From NCBI GenBank assembly GCA_965197585.1, contig OZ240215.1, positions 2,816,001 through 2,880,000 on the forward strand: 64,000 nt of DNA, written 5' to 3'. The translations under genes were made by a program, and so were the position numbers. This DNA comes from Dehalococcoidia bacterium (GTDB lineage: Bacteria; Chloroflexota; Dehalococcoidia; Plut-88900). Below the pieces are notes generated by a model. That model searched no databases. It was not told the DNA's origin and saw only the letters and a program-made list of their open reading frames with translations. Position 1 is the stretch's first letter; the number at the start of each line of letters is the position of its first letter. Below are positions 11,664-20,859 of the stretch, one piece after another.

Positions 11664-11692
11664 GGATAGCAATGGGGTTGGTCGGGTGTCAA
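11664..11692 (-). promoter_or_regulatory. sigma70 promoter of the acyl-CoA synthetase operon
   Basis: Minus strand TTGACA-17 nt-TGcTATCCT; the 30-bp -35 region is duplicated at 12456-12485. Confidence 0.65.
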
Positions 11693-11750
11693 CGCGGGGG
11701 AGGGGTTATTCAGTTGGGGTTGGGTTTTGCTTGATTTGTTTGGGAGGGGG

Positions 11751-12154
11751 CAGGCGATGGAAGGTCCGTGACTAGAAACCAGGCCGGGGGTTGCTGCCGG
11801 GCCGTCGGCACCGGGCTGGATTATCCCCACACGTTGTCGGCTGTGGTCAGGGTTGTGTGGGGCAGATCCCAATTCGTGAGCGGCACATGACCGGACCGCT
11901 GACGTGGAAGATGCCGCCTGAGGCGGTCTTTCAGAACCGGCGTCCCGGTGCATCCGCCGGGTAGACGGGTGGCAGGGACGGCGGGACAAACAAGGACACG
12001 AGGGCCTTGCTAAACCGGGGGTCGGTTGACCTACCGGGAAAACCGGCGCGCAATGGGCCGGGGTAAACGCACCCGATAATGGGGAGCGTTGAATCGGCAG
12101 GGGCGTCGTTGGACCGGGTCTGCCGAGCATAGTCTGTGGGCCTTCCATCGCCTG
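11751..12154. other. 404-bp structured non-coding element (candidate ncRNA or MITE)
   Basis: 17-bp terminal inverted repeat caggcgatggaaggtcc / gggccttccatcgcctg enclosing at least seven hairpins; no convincing ORF. Confidence 0.5.
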
Positions 12155-12340
12155 GGTGGGGGAAGGGATAGCCGGGGCCTTTGGTATGAGGAGATGGCGG
12201 CTTTCGCTTGAGCCGTGGAGCGGCGTGTGGGCCGCCCTTTGGGATGGGCTTGGACGTTGAGTCCTCGGGGCCGGGGCTGGGATTCCCCCTGGGTTGTGGT
12301 TCCTCCTTGAGATAGTTAGATTGGTGTTCGAACGGTGGGG

Positions 12341-12385
12341 ATAGTAGCACGGGTGTTCAGGTAGGGTCAAGGGGTTCGTGTCACT
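12341..12385 (-). promoter_or_regulatory. promoter with LexA-like box and upstream AGTGACACGAACC motif
   Basis: TTGACC-18 nt-TACTAT; AGCAC-GGGT-GTTCA at 12346-12359; same layout as 49293-49337 and 58362-58406. Confidence 0.65.
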
Positions 12386-13195
12386 CGCCGAGGCGAGTCT
12401 TCGACCCCAACCCCAGTGAAAGGAGAGGGGGGTGGGGTGGGGGGAGGAAATTAACGGGGTTGGTCGGGTGTCAATGCGGGGGAGGTTGACATACTACTAT
12501 CGAAGGGTTCACGGAAAATCAATGGGAATCGGCCTTGTGTCTGATTGTTTGCGGGAGCTAGGCACGATGTTTGATTGTATGTTCTCTGCTGGATTTTTCT
12601 CCAGCCTCGTGCTTCGACTCGCAAGAGGCTGACTTAGCACGAGGGATCCCGCGCGTGGAATTAATTGCCGTGTGAAACACAGTATTACTGAAGTATTGAG
12701 ATGGATTCACGCTCTGGAGTGGGGATGACGGTGGAAAGGAGTGGTGAACGGGCATTTAGCTTCTGTTTTATGACGGCCGACTCACTGTCTAAAACAAGGT
12801 GGGCTGTATGTCGCCTGTGCTGAATATTGCCCCATCACCATACCTAGGTCTACCTTCGGTAAATGATCCCGCTCGCAAAAGCGGGGCTTTGAGTTAGAAA
12901 GGACGTTCTTACAGATAGTACTTGTGCCGTTGCCGCGGAGCTTATCCCTGATATCACCAAGTCAATTGCGCTGATGTTGCTCAAAGAGAAATGAAACTCT
13001 AAAATAACGGTCATCAGAAAAGCATGTACCACAGAGTTCATGGATTCCATGTCAACTTTGAAGGAATCCGAATGCCAAAACCAAAGTGCTACAATTGAGA
13101 CAAGCGAAGTTTTTGAAAGGGGGGTATGACATTCAAAGCTTGAAGTTTTGGGTGCACTGTGATAGAAGTTGCGACATCAATTGAGGAGGGTAGTG

Positions 13196-13417
13196 ATGGC
13201 TGACGCAGATAAAGAAGTTGACGTAGGTAAAGGAAAGGATGTGGCTGACTATTATCTCAGAACGTTGGAACGAATCCAAAAGCAATATCAGCAGTACTTA
13301 GAGGTTAGCGAACTTTATAAATTGCCCACTCAGAGGAAAAGCAAGACACTTCAGTACGTGGATCCTACTCTAGATCATCCCTTGACCGTCAATACACTCC
13401 GAATCGAGCAAAGTTAG
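13196..13417 (+). CDS. hypothetical protein
   Basis: GAGGAGG SD before ATG 13196; low GC; 6 bp upstream of the protease gene. Confidence 0.6.
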   Translation: MADADKEVDVGKGKDVADYYLRTLERIQKQYQQYLEVSELYKLPTQRKSKTLQYVDPTLDHPLTVNTLRIEQS

Positions 13418-13423
13418 AACGCT

Positions 13424-14383
13424 ATGCCATCGTGGAGTGAGCTCCTAGTCAGTTTAAAAAAACAGAAAGTTCCTAACTGGCTAGACAAGAAATTGTATGA
13501 GTACTTAAACGCGATCTCAAAGCGTCGTGGTCATGCAACCGTGATCTTCTACGCTTCGGCTTTCTTACAAAAGACAAACGAGGGAATTTCGATAACCAGG
13601 GAAGATATCAATGGATTTATGAACGCCCTTTATAAGGCTTCCACAGACAAGGGTTTGGTGTTGATACTTCACACTCCTGGAGGAGATCCCAATGCCGTCG
13701 AAAGCATTGTTGAGTACCTACATTCCAAGTTCAACAAAATAGAAGTCGTTGTGCCGTACCTTGCCATGTCAGGTGGTGCGATGATCAGTTTGGCAAGCGA
13801 TCTACTGATCCTTGGGCGACAAAGCCAACTCGGACCCATTGATCCACAGTTCCGCTTTGAAGACAAAGTGCACTCAGCCAGAGCTATTCAAGAGGGTTTC
13901 GCGAAGGCTAGAGAAGACATAAAGGAGGACACAAGGCTCGCCCATCTCTGGGCACCCATCCTGCAGAACATGGGGCCATCGCTTGTTCTGGAGGCGGAAA
14001 AGGCTCTGGCATACAGTAAGGAACTGGTAGTAGGGTGGCTGAATAAAAGGATGCTAAAGGATCAGAAGGACGAGAACGAGAGGAAGAGACAGGCTGATAC
14101 CATTGCAGCATACTTCAATGCTGAGAATACTCCTGAACACGGCCAAATACATACTCATGGCCAAAGAATTGGAGCGGAGCAACTGAAGAGGCTGGGGGTA
14201 AAATTACAAACACTAGAAGCTGATCAAGATTTGCAAAGTGAAGTCCTAGCCGCGTACCACTTAATGACTCTGATTTTTGAAACCACTGCTTCGCTTAAGT
14301 TCATCGCCAGTAATCAAGGCAGAATGTGGGCGAAACAAGAACGCCAACCTCTTCTGCCATCTGTGCCTACACCCCCTCAATAG
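13424..14383 (+). CDS. ClpP/SppA-fold serine protease (SDH family)
   Basis: LILHTPGG, AMSGGAMISL, SQLGPIDPQ, HTHG; low-GC island. Confidence 0.85.
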   Translation: MPSWSELLVSLKKQKVPNWLDKKLYEYLNAISKRRGHATVIFYASAFLQKTNEGISITREDINGFMNALYKASTDKGLVLILHTPGGDPNAVESIVEYLHSKFNKIEVVVPYLAMSGGAMISLASDLLILGRQSQLGPIDPQFRFEDKVHSARAIQEGFAKAREDIKEDTRLAHLWAPILQNMGPSLVLEAEKALAYSKELVVGWLNKRMLKDQKDENERKRQADTIAAYFNAENTPEHGQIHTHGQRIGAEQLKRLGVKLQTLEADQDLQSEVLAAYHLMTLIFETTASLKFIASNQGRMWAKQERQPLLPSVPTPPQ

Positions 14384-14661
14384 GGCACTTATTCTGACTT
14401 TTATCCACTGTATTTGAGATTTTGTACACTGTTGATAAACTCTACCGCCTTACGATCTTGCCTGCGCATAAGACCAATTGCCTATATCCGAAGAGATGAC
14501 TAGCCCATCCCGTAATTTGTGGGACAACCATCCACTAGGCATAGATTAAGCTTGGCGAAATAGTATCTCTCAAATTTGGGAATGGTTTGGGCAAAGTCCA
14601 TGCTACCGCACTTTCTTGGCCCTAACTCCCAATTACAACCGATAGGTTCCCTAGGAGGGGG

Positions 14662-16032
14662 CTAGGGGGTCCAGACCCGGGTGGCGGGTTGGAAGGCGGC
14701 CCAGGCGAACCAGAAGTGGTTGCCGTGGACTATGGGGGTTAGGGTCTCGCCGGTCAGGGGGCCGTCGACGGCACGGCCGAGAACGTTCCAAGTCGAGCCG
14801 GTCTCTTCGTCGCTGAAGGCGCCTGAGTCGGGGCGGAAGGTGAGGGTCTGGTCGCTGAGACGCCTGTCGTAGACGCCGGTGGCGCCCACATCTCGGGAGG
14901 CGGCTATGACACTGCCGTCCAGCGCCGAGGTGGTGCCCGGCGAGAAGAAGACCACTACCGGCGTCCCACCTAGGTCGTCGTTGACGACGGGGGTCTCCTC
15001 CAGCCTGAGGAAGGGGTAAGCCACCGACTCACCGCCAAGCTCCACAGCCGCCACACGCTCCACGGGGCGGAGGCGCTCGTCCTCAGGGCCGACGAACAGG
15101 AAGGGCGAGGAGTCGATATCGTCGTAGCCGGTGTAGGGGTTGCGCCCGTACTCGCGGGTGAAGCCCGTGTCCCGGGTGAGGACCTGGCCGTCCGGGTAGT
15201 TCTGGCGGAAGTCAGCCCAGGAGATGATCGACGCAGGGACCTTGGGGAGCCGGGCACCGGTCAGCTCGCCGACGATAGCCTCGCCGAGAATCTGCTGCCA
15301 CCAACTGTCGGTGGCGCGGTCGTACATGATGAGGTCGCTGTAGCGGAGGAGGCCGCTGACGCCGAAGGAGTTGACGGTGTCGCCCATGCGGCGTTCGAAG
15401 ACGATGGCGGAGTTGCAGAGGGGGCAGAAGGTGACGATGACAGGCTCTCCGCCGACGATGTCGTTGACGATCTCGTGCCAGGTCATGATCTGGAGTGGGT
15501 ATGCGCGGGCGTCGTCGCCGATTTGGAGGGCGATAACGGGCTCCCGATCGGCGAGCCAGTCGGGGTCGTCGGACACGGGTGCGAACTTGGGGTTGTCGAT
15601 GGACGGGATGCCGTCCCGGACCTGGCCCAGAAGGATTTCCGTGTAGTCGATGGAGTGCTTGGAGAAATCGGTGCGCCAGGGATTCCTGCCAGTGGGGTCG
15701 GATTGAGCGAAGTAGGCGGCAGGGTCGAATTCGGGAGTGGGGACAGGGGTTGGCGTTTCCAAGAATAGGATAGGGAAGGGGGACTGGAGGGGGGTCTGGA
15801 GGTCGAGCTGAGGCCAGGGCTGGTCGGGGGCCGGGGGGATGGGGGTGGGGGAATCGCCCTCACCTGTTGGGGGAGACCACTCGGATTCTCCGGGTTGGTG
15901 GGTGGGGAGGGGGTCACCGTCACCCTGCCCCTCTTCCGTCGAGGGAGAGGGGGTGTTGCCGCCGCAGGCGGCGATGACAAGGATGGCTATGAGGAGGGCG
16001 GTTAGGGGGAGTAGGAGTTTGGTCTTTGACAT
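14662..16032 (-). CDS. DUF3179 family lipoprotein
   Basis: Lipobox IAAC, DGIPSIDNP, WHEIVND, TFCPLCNS, FGVSGLL, FWFAWAAF. Confidence 0.88.
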   Translation of the reverse strand: MSKTKLLLPLTALLIAILVIAACGGNTPSPSTEEGQGDGDPLPTHQPGESEWSPPTGEGDSPTPIPPAPDQPWPQLDLQTPLQSPFPILFLETPTPVPTPEFDPAAYFAQSDPTGRNPWRTDFSKHSIDYTEILLGQVRDGIPSIDNPKFAPVSDDPDWLADREPVIALQIGDDARAYPLQIMTWHEIVNDIVGGEPVIVTFCPLCNSAIVFERRMGDTVNSFGVSGLLRYSDLIMYDRATDSWWQQILGEAIVGELTGARLPKVPASIISWADFRQNYPDGQVLTRDTGFTREYGRNPYTGYDDIDSSPFLFVGPEDERLRPVERVAAVELGGESVAYPFLRLEETPVVNDDLGGTPVVVFFSPGTTSALDGSVIAASRDVGATGVYDRRLSDQTLTFRPDSGAFSDEETGSTWNVLGRAVDGPLTGETLTPIVHGNHFWFAWAAFQPATRVWTP

Positions 16033-16128
16033 AGTGCGGGATAGGTATTGCGGTGCGTGTGCTTTGGACGGTCGCCTTAGATCCCTCGCGGGGCCTCGGG
16101 ATGACACATAAAGAGACGTGAGAGGGAG

Positions 16129-16752
16129 CTAGTTTTCTATGGCTAGGAGGGCGCGTTCGCGGATGCCTTCGTGGGTGTCGAAGCCGAGCTTTCGGTCGAC
16201 GATGACGCCGTTGATGTCGATGTAGTAGGTGGTGGGCATGGCGAGGACCTGGTAGGCCTTGACGATCTGGTCGTCCTTGGGGAGGTAGAGGAGGGGGTAG
16301 GTGACGCCACGGGCCACGGCGAAGGGGTCGCCCTGGGAGACGGTCTCCTGGTTGTTTACGCCAAGGATTACAAGCTCGTCGCTGAACTCCTGGCCGACAG
16401 CCTCGAGGTCGGGCATCTCTTCGAGGCAGAAGTTGCACCAACTGGCCCAGAAGTTGACTACCACGGCCTTCTCGCCGAGGAAGGAGTCGAGGCTGACGAC
16501 TTCGCCGTCGGAGTTGGTGAGCATGAAGTTGGGTGCGGCGTCTCCGACGTCGGTGCCGACCTCGTAATCACCCTCGGCGAGGTTGGTGTTGTCAGCGGTG
16601 CCGAGCATGACCATGGAGCCGTCCTCGTTCATGACGGATGGCTCCGAGGCGAAGGGGTTGTTGAGAGAGATGACGATGGCCGCTATACCGGCCAGGCCGA
16701 GGGCGAAGATTATCCTCTTCTGAAGCTGGGTGAGTGCTTTTAAGTCCAACAT
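16129..16752 (-). CDS. TlpA/ResA-like membrane-anchored thioredoxin
   Basis: N-terminal TM helix, APNF, VNFWASWCNFC..EMP, MPTTYYID. Confidence 0.9.
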   Translation of the reverse strand: MLDLKALTQLQKRIIFALGLAGIAAIVISLNNPFASEPSVMNEDGSMVMLGTADNTNLAEGDYEVGTDVGDAAPNFMLTNSDGEVVSLDSFLGEKAVVVNFWASWCNFCLEEMPDLEAVGQEFSDELVILGVNNQETVSQGDPFAVARGVTYPLLYLPKDDQIVKAYQVLAMPTTYYIDINGVIVDRKLGFDTHEGIRERALLAIEN

Positions 16753-17100
16753 ATCTCTACATCAATGATAACGTACGAGGGTCGGGGGAGATAGGGGCGG
16801 GGGGAGATAGGGGCGGGGGAAAGAATAGAGAACGAGTGAAGCGTAAACGCTTCGAAAAAATTCCTTGATGCGAGAAAATCAATTGCCCCGTCGTTTTTTG
16901 GCGAGCATAAAATGTTTAGACTTTTGTAATCCCGCACAATTTTTTCATCAACGATAATATTTTCTAATGGCGTATGAGCCTTGTTAAATCTTTCTCCCTG
17001 AAAGTTGACGCCTCCGGGGTTATACATGGTAGTTTTGCACGGACAGCCTAACGTGGCTAGGTCGGGAAGAGATTACCTAGGGAGGTAGGCCAATGGGTGA

Positions 17101-17152
17101 AAGAAGAGGTAGTGATGCGTGGAAGAAGAGGTAGTGATGCGTGGAAGAAGAG
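17101..17152 (+). repeat. 22-bp tandem repeat, about 2.4 copies (aagaagaggtagtgatgcgtgg)
   Basis: Units at 17101-17122 and 17123-17144; partial unit at 17145-17152. Confidence 0.95.
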
Positions 17153-17429
17153 AACGCAGCTTGCGCAGGACATCAAAGGGTTGATAGATATCATTCTTAA
17201 ACACTATGACTCTGAAATATATGAGGGCTTGGGCGTTGTTATGCGGCTTGATGGACAACAAATAGACCTGAAGCATGGAGAAGAATATTCGTGGCAACCA
17301 ACCAATTCTCGGAATGAAGGAGGTGTTCTGAAGATTGACTACATGAAGAAAATCGACGTAAAGAAGCGTAGTCAGCAGGTAAAAGACGAAAGCGGCATGT
17401 TGCTTGATTTGCATGACCGTATCATATAG
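17115..17429 (+). CDS. hypothetical protein; start region altered by the tandem duplication
   Basis: Low-GC ORF. The SD-led ATG at 17093 is out of frame because of the 22-bp duplication; in-frame ATG at 17115. Confidence 0.5.
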   Translation: MRGRRGSDAWKKRTQLAQDIKGLIDIILKHYDSEIYEGLGVVMRLDGQQIDLKHGEEYSWQPTNSRNEGGVLKIDYMKKIDVKKRSQQVKDESGMLLDLHDRII

Positions 17430-17660
17430 CAACCGATCATGTCGCATCCTAATTCTGTGTGTTGGGCTGCTCAGGCTGAGGTAGTGAAGATAGAAATCAC
17501 TCTTTCCTTAGCCTTTTCACATCTAAGACGCACCTACAATTCATCGAGGAAGAGGGGACAGGCCATCCGAATGCCACAGGCTGTGTCCAAGCTGAAGACG
17601 GCAAGTATGATAGCCACTATTTCGGCTAGCTTTGCTTACGTGTGTCCAATTTGTCCCGCA

Positions 17661-19190
17661 CTAATCACAAAACGAGTTCATAGCAACTAATAACGGGATC
17701 TGACCATCAAGGAGGTAGCGTGTGTGTAGATTGAGGTATCGTGTGTACAGATTATAGAATTCCTCAATGGCATCTAGGTCGCGTCTGTCAATTTCTCGCA
17801 CCAATAAGTCAGTTACTGTCAAGGCTCTATTAACCATCGATTCAGCAGCTGTTCTTATACTTGCAGCCGAGTTTGGCGTGTCAAGAGCCAGTATACCCTC
17901 TGCGTCCCTATCCAGTACGGGCAATATAACAGCCACTCTCCTGGTCCAGGAGTCATCAGACATTAATGATGGGTTGTCGTGCGCTTCTGTCATCAAGTTA
18001 AGCAGGGACGACATGCCTAAATTTATGTTGTCTGAGTAGTCACGCTGTGCATTGATATATGCCAGTTCCCTAGCTGTGGGACAATTGATAATCAAGCGGG
18101 ACTTCCAATCGGCGGCATCATCCGCGATAGCGGAATAGGGAACAGCATAGTACGTCCTGTCCGTAACCTTAGACCCCCCAGTGTTGACTCCCACGACATT
18201 CCCCTCCGTGGAGAAGAGGGGACCTCCGCTGCTGCCCGGATTCAGGGGTGCATCGTGGCTAATGTATCCGAGTACGGCACCCGTGCGATCATATTTGACT
18301 TGACCCAACGTGGCAGAGACCCTGCTTGATGAACTGCGATGGTATCCAACTGCCACCACTTGGTCACCTGTCTGGACGGAGGCGTCTGAGTCCCATGCCA
18401 GGGCAGTGAAATAGGGACTGCAGCATATGGACAAGACGGCAACGTCCTTGTCCGAATCGTAACCCAGGAGGGTGGCTTTATAGGTCAGGGTGCTCTTCAC
18501 TCGCACATCGATTGCGTCTTCGTCCTCTATAACGTGATGGTTGGTAACAACGAAGGCGGTATATCCTTCAGTATCAAAGATGAATCCTGAACCCCCTTTA
18601 CGCCCCGCGGTTACCCTGACCACTCCATCCTCAACCCGTCTAACCAAGTCGGCGGGGGTAGGAGGTACAACAGGAGTGGGAGAGGGTGTGGGCGTAGGGG
18701 TAGGAGTGGGGGTTGGTGTGGGTGTCGGTTTAGGGGTGGGAGTAGGCGTAGGAACAGGGGTGGGTGTCGGGGTAGGAACAGGGGTGGGTGTCGGGGTAGG
18801 AATAGGGACGGGAGTGGGCGTAGGAGTGGGAACAGGTGTAGGAGTGGGAACAGGTGTAGGAGTGGGAACAGGTGTAGGAGTGGGAACAGGTGTAGGAGTG
18901 GGAATAGGAGTAGGAGTGGGAATAGGTGTAGGAACAGGTGTGGGCGCAGGGATAGGGGTGGGTGATGGCGCAGGTGTAGGCGATGGCAGGGCTGTAGCAG
19001 TCGGGGTGGGGCTTTGAGTGAGTGTTGGCGTTGGGGCAGCAGTGGCGGTGGGTTCAGGGGTGGGGCTGGGAGCAGCGGTAGGCTCGGGTTGGGTGCAGGC
19101 CACGGCAACAATAGCGGCCACACATACGAGCATAGCCGCCATCCATACGCCTCTAAAGACCAATGACCTTTTGTCCATGCCAAGCCACAC
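17661..19190 (-). CDS. trypsin-like (S1C) serine protease lipoprotein with long Pro-Thr linker
   Basis: Lipobox AVAC, (PT)n linker, [22 protein letters not shown]. Confidence 0.87.
   Translation of the reverse strand: MWLGMDKRSLVFRGVWMAAMLVCVAAIVAVACTQPEPTAAPSPTPEPTATAAPTPTLTQSPTPTATALPSPTPAPSPTPIPAPTPVPTPIPTPTPIPTPTPVPTPTPVPTPTPVPTPTPVPTPTPTPVPIPTPTPTPVPTPTPTPVPTPTPTPKPTPTPTPTPTPTPTPSPTPVVPPTPADLVRRVEDGVVRVTAGRKGGSGFIFDTEGYTAFVVTNHHVIEDEDAIDVRVKSTLTYKATLLGYDSDKDVAVLSICCSPYFTALAWDSDASVQTGDQVVAVGYHRSSSSRVSATLGQVKYDRTGAVLGYISHDAPLNPGSSGGPLFSTEGNVVGVNTGGSKVTDRTYYAVPYSAIADDAADWKSRLIINCPTARELAYINAQRDYSDNINLGMSSLLNLMTEAHDNPSLMSDDSWTRRVAVILPVLDRDAEGILALDTPNSAASIRTAAESMVNRALTVTDLLVREIDRRDLDAIEEFYNLYTRYLNLHTRYLLDGQIPLLVAMNSFCD
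18660..19090 (-). repeat. Pro/Thr linker tandem repeats (18-bp units ggtgtaggagtgggaaca)
   Basis: Near-perfect 18-bp units around 18820-18935 inside the CDS. Confidence 0.85.
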
Positions 19191-19371
19191 CTACAATCCC
19201 TGAATTGAACCCGGATTCGCTATTCTGTCATCTTGTGTTTGGCGGCGCAAATCGGGGGTGGGGTAAGTAGGAGCGGGGCTGTGTAAAAATTATTGACGAG
19301 TCAGTGTTATACTGGTTACACTGCCACTCTGCGCTTATATTTTGAACCAATAATTAAAGGAAGGGGTTGGC

Positions 19372-19716
19372 ATGAATGCCAAGGTTAGCTCCTTTTCTAT
19401 ACCGATTGCTTTGACAACTAACTTTCGGAATGACCTGTGGACGTGTTCGCCCGACGGCATTGGATTGATCGTACAGGGGTCCACGGAGGATGAGGCAATA
19501 GAGAAAGCCCTAGAAGGGCTGGCCCTTTTGTTGGATGACCTTGTGGAGCGGGGTATAGACCTATACGACTACTTCACCCGGCGCAAATTCAACATAACTC
19601 GCAATACCCCGGTTGCTTTCGCCCATCCTACCCCGACGTTCTGGTTCGATGAGTGGAACCCGGCTCAAGATCGGAAAGTTCACAATGGCAAAGGACACTT
19701 CCTCGTACCCGCCTGA
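19372..19716 (+). CDS. HicB-like antitoxin
   Basis: LIVQGSTEDEAIEKALEGLAL partial RNase H-fold HicB pattern. Confidence 0.55.
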   Translation: MNAKVSSFSIPIALTTNFRNDLWTCSPDGIGLIVQGSTEDEAIEKALEGLALLLDDLVERGIDLYDYFTRRKFNITRNTPVAFAHPTPTFWFDEWNPAQDRKVHNGKGHFLVPA

Positions 19717-19957
19717 CTGCTTACCTCTAGACCCAATAGAGAATGTGAAGGCAGCCCTGTGGCAGTTGGGATATAGAGAAAAAGAGAGAAGTGGCGTCAA
19801 CGTTAGTGTCCTGACGTTTTTCGATCCTAATCACCCTAATTCCTCCATAACTTTCGACTCCGACATGACACACATCAGCCGTGATGAACTTGTCAGTGTA
19901 CTGGAGGATGGGGGAATTAACTCTGACACCTTCTTTGCTCACTATGAGTCACTTTAG
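19685..19957 (+). CDS. divergent HicA-like protein
   Basis: ALWQLGYRE..., ISRDELVSVLEDGGINSDTF; overlaps the HicB-like ORF. Confidence 0.45.
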   Translation: MAKDTSSYPPDCLPLDPIENVKAALWQLGYREKERSGVNVSVLTFFDPNHPNSSITFDSDMTHISRDELVSVLEDGGINSDTFFAHYESL

Positions 19958-20083
19958 GCCCCAATTTACCCTTTGATAGCCTCGGGTCGAGAGCGATGAC
20001 GTTTTGCGGTGGGTGAGATATAATATCCTTCGCTTTTGGAGGGCGGTTATAGCCCTTAGTCGAAGAAAGGGGGTGGGGTACGG

Positions 20084-20368
20084 ATGGCGAAGAAGTTGAA
20101 CGTCGAGGTCGAATACTGCACACTGTGAAACTACCTCCCCGAAGCCGTCAGTCTGACGGAAGAGGTGATGAGGGAGTACGATTACGACATCGAGACCTTC
20201 AAGATCATTACTGCCTCGCAGGGCAAGTTCGAGGTGAGGATCGACGGTGAGCTGGTGTTCTCCAAGCTGGAGACAGGCCGGTTCCCGAGCAACGAAGAGA
20301 TAAAGGAAACGATCAAGGCCCGTCTGCCGGAGGAGGCAACTCCTTTCCTGTTCGGGTCTAGAAGCTAA
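20084..20368 (+). CDS. Rdx (SelW/SelT/SelH) family selenoprotein, CxxU
   Basis: MAKKLNVEVEYCTL-TGA(20126-20128)-NYLPEA continues in frame into GKFEVRIDGELVFSKLETGRFP; downstream hairpin. Confidence 0.88.
20129..20164 (+). promoter_or_regulatory. putative bacterial SECIS element
   Basis: Hairpin ccgtca-gtc-tgacgg (20145-20159) with G in the loop, 16 nt after the in-frame TGA. Confidence 0.65.
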
Positions 20369-20387
20369 GTCAAAACTCGAAATCATC

Positions 20388-20668
20388 GGCGAAGACGGAG
20401 ACGAATAGGGGCACGTAGCTGTGGTTAGCGAGCCTGGTCCGGTGAAAGCAGGCCCGGAGCCCGGCCCCGAAAATCCCTCCCGAGCCGCCACCCGAAACCC
20501 GCATTAGGCGGTCGGTAGGCGTGGCCGGAGTCGCTCCACGTTGAAGGGGCGAGGGCATCGGCCTTGTATTCTTGGCTCGTGTCCTGATGAGAAGGTCCGC
20601 CGCAGGCGGGCAATTAGGGTGGTACCGCGGGTTGTATCCCGTCCCTGTAGGGGCGGGATTTTTTGTTG
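20388..20668 (+). ncRNA. T-box riboswitch (Ile specifier) leader of ileS
   Basis: Stem I with AGCGAG bulge and GGTGAAA loop; specifier ATC at 20473-20475; T-box AATTAGGGTGGTACCGCG at 20612-20629. Confidence 0.92.
20636..20668 (+). terminator. T-box intrinsic terminator
   Basis: atcccgtccc-tgta-ggggcgggat followed by a T run. Confidence 0.85.
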
Positions 20669-20859
20669 GGTGGGAAGGGGGAGGGCGACCGTGACGGATT
20701 GGCAATGCGGGGCCACACCACGCTCGACCCCTCGACCCTGCTCAGGGTGAGCGGCCCCTCTACCCCGGGGAAGGCGACCAGCCGGTCGCCCCTACGGGCG
20801 TGGGAGGGAGAGGACGGATGGGATGGGGTGGCGAAAAAGGTGACAGGTTTACTTGGTGA

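Noticed and set aside
11751-12154. RNase P RNA, tmRNA or SRP RNA
   Set aside because: Lacks the GAGGAAAGUCC / ACAGAAnnCGGCUUA pair, tRNA-like ends with CCA, and an evident SRP helix-8 motif on either strand
11627-12370. 247-aa and 139-aa minus-strand ORFs
   Set aside because: Pro/Ser-rich low-complexity translations that start inside the promoter without an SD
14662-16752. Selenocysteine in DUF3179 or TlpA (MsrB also checked)
   Set aside because: Redox positions are Cys codons; no in-frame TGA
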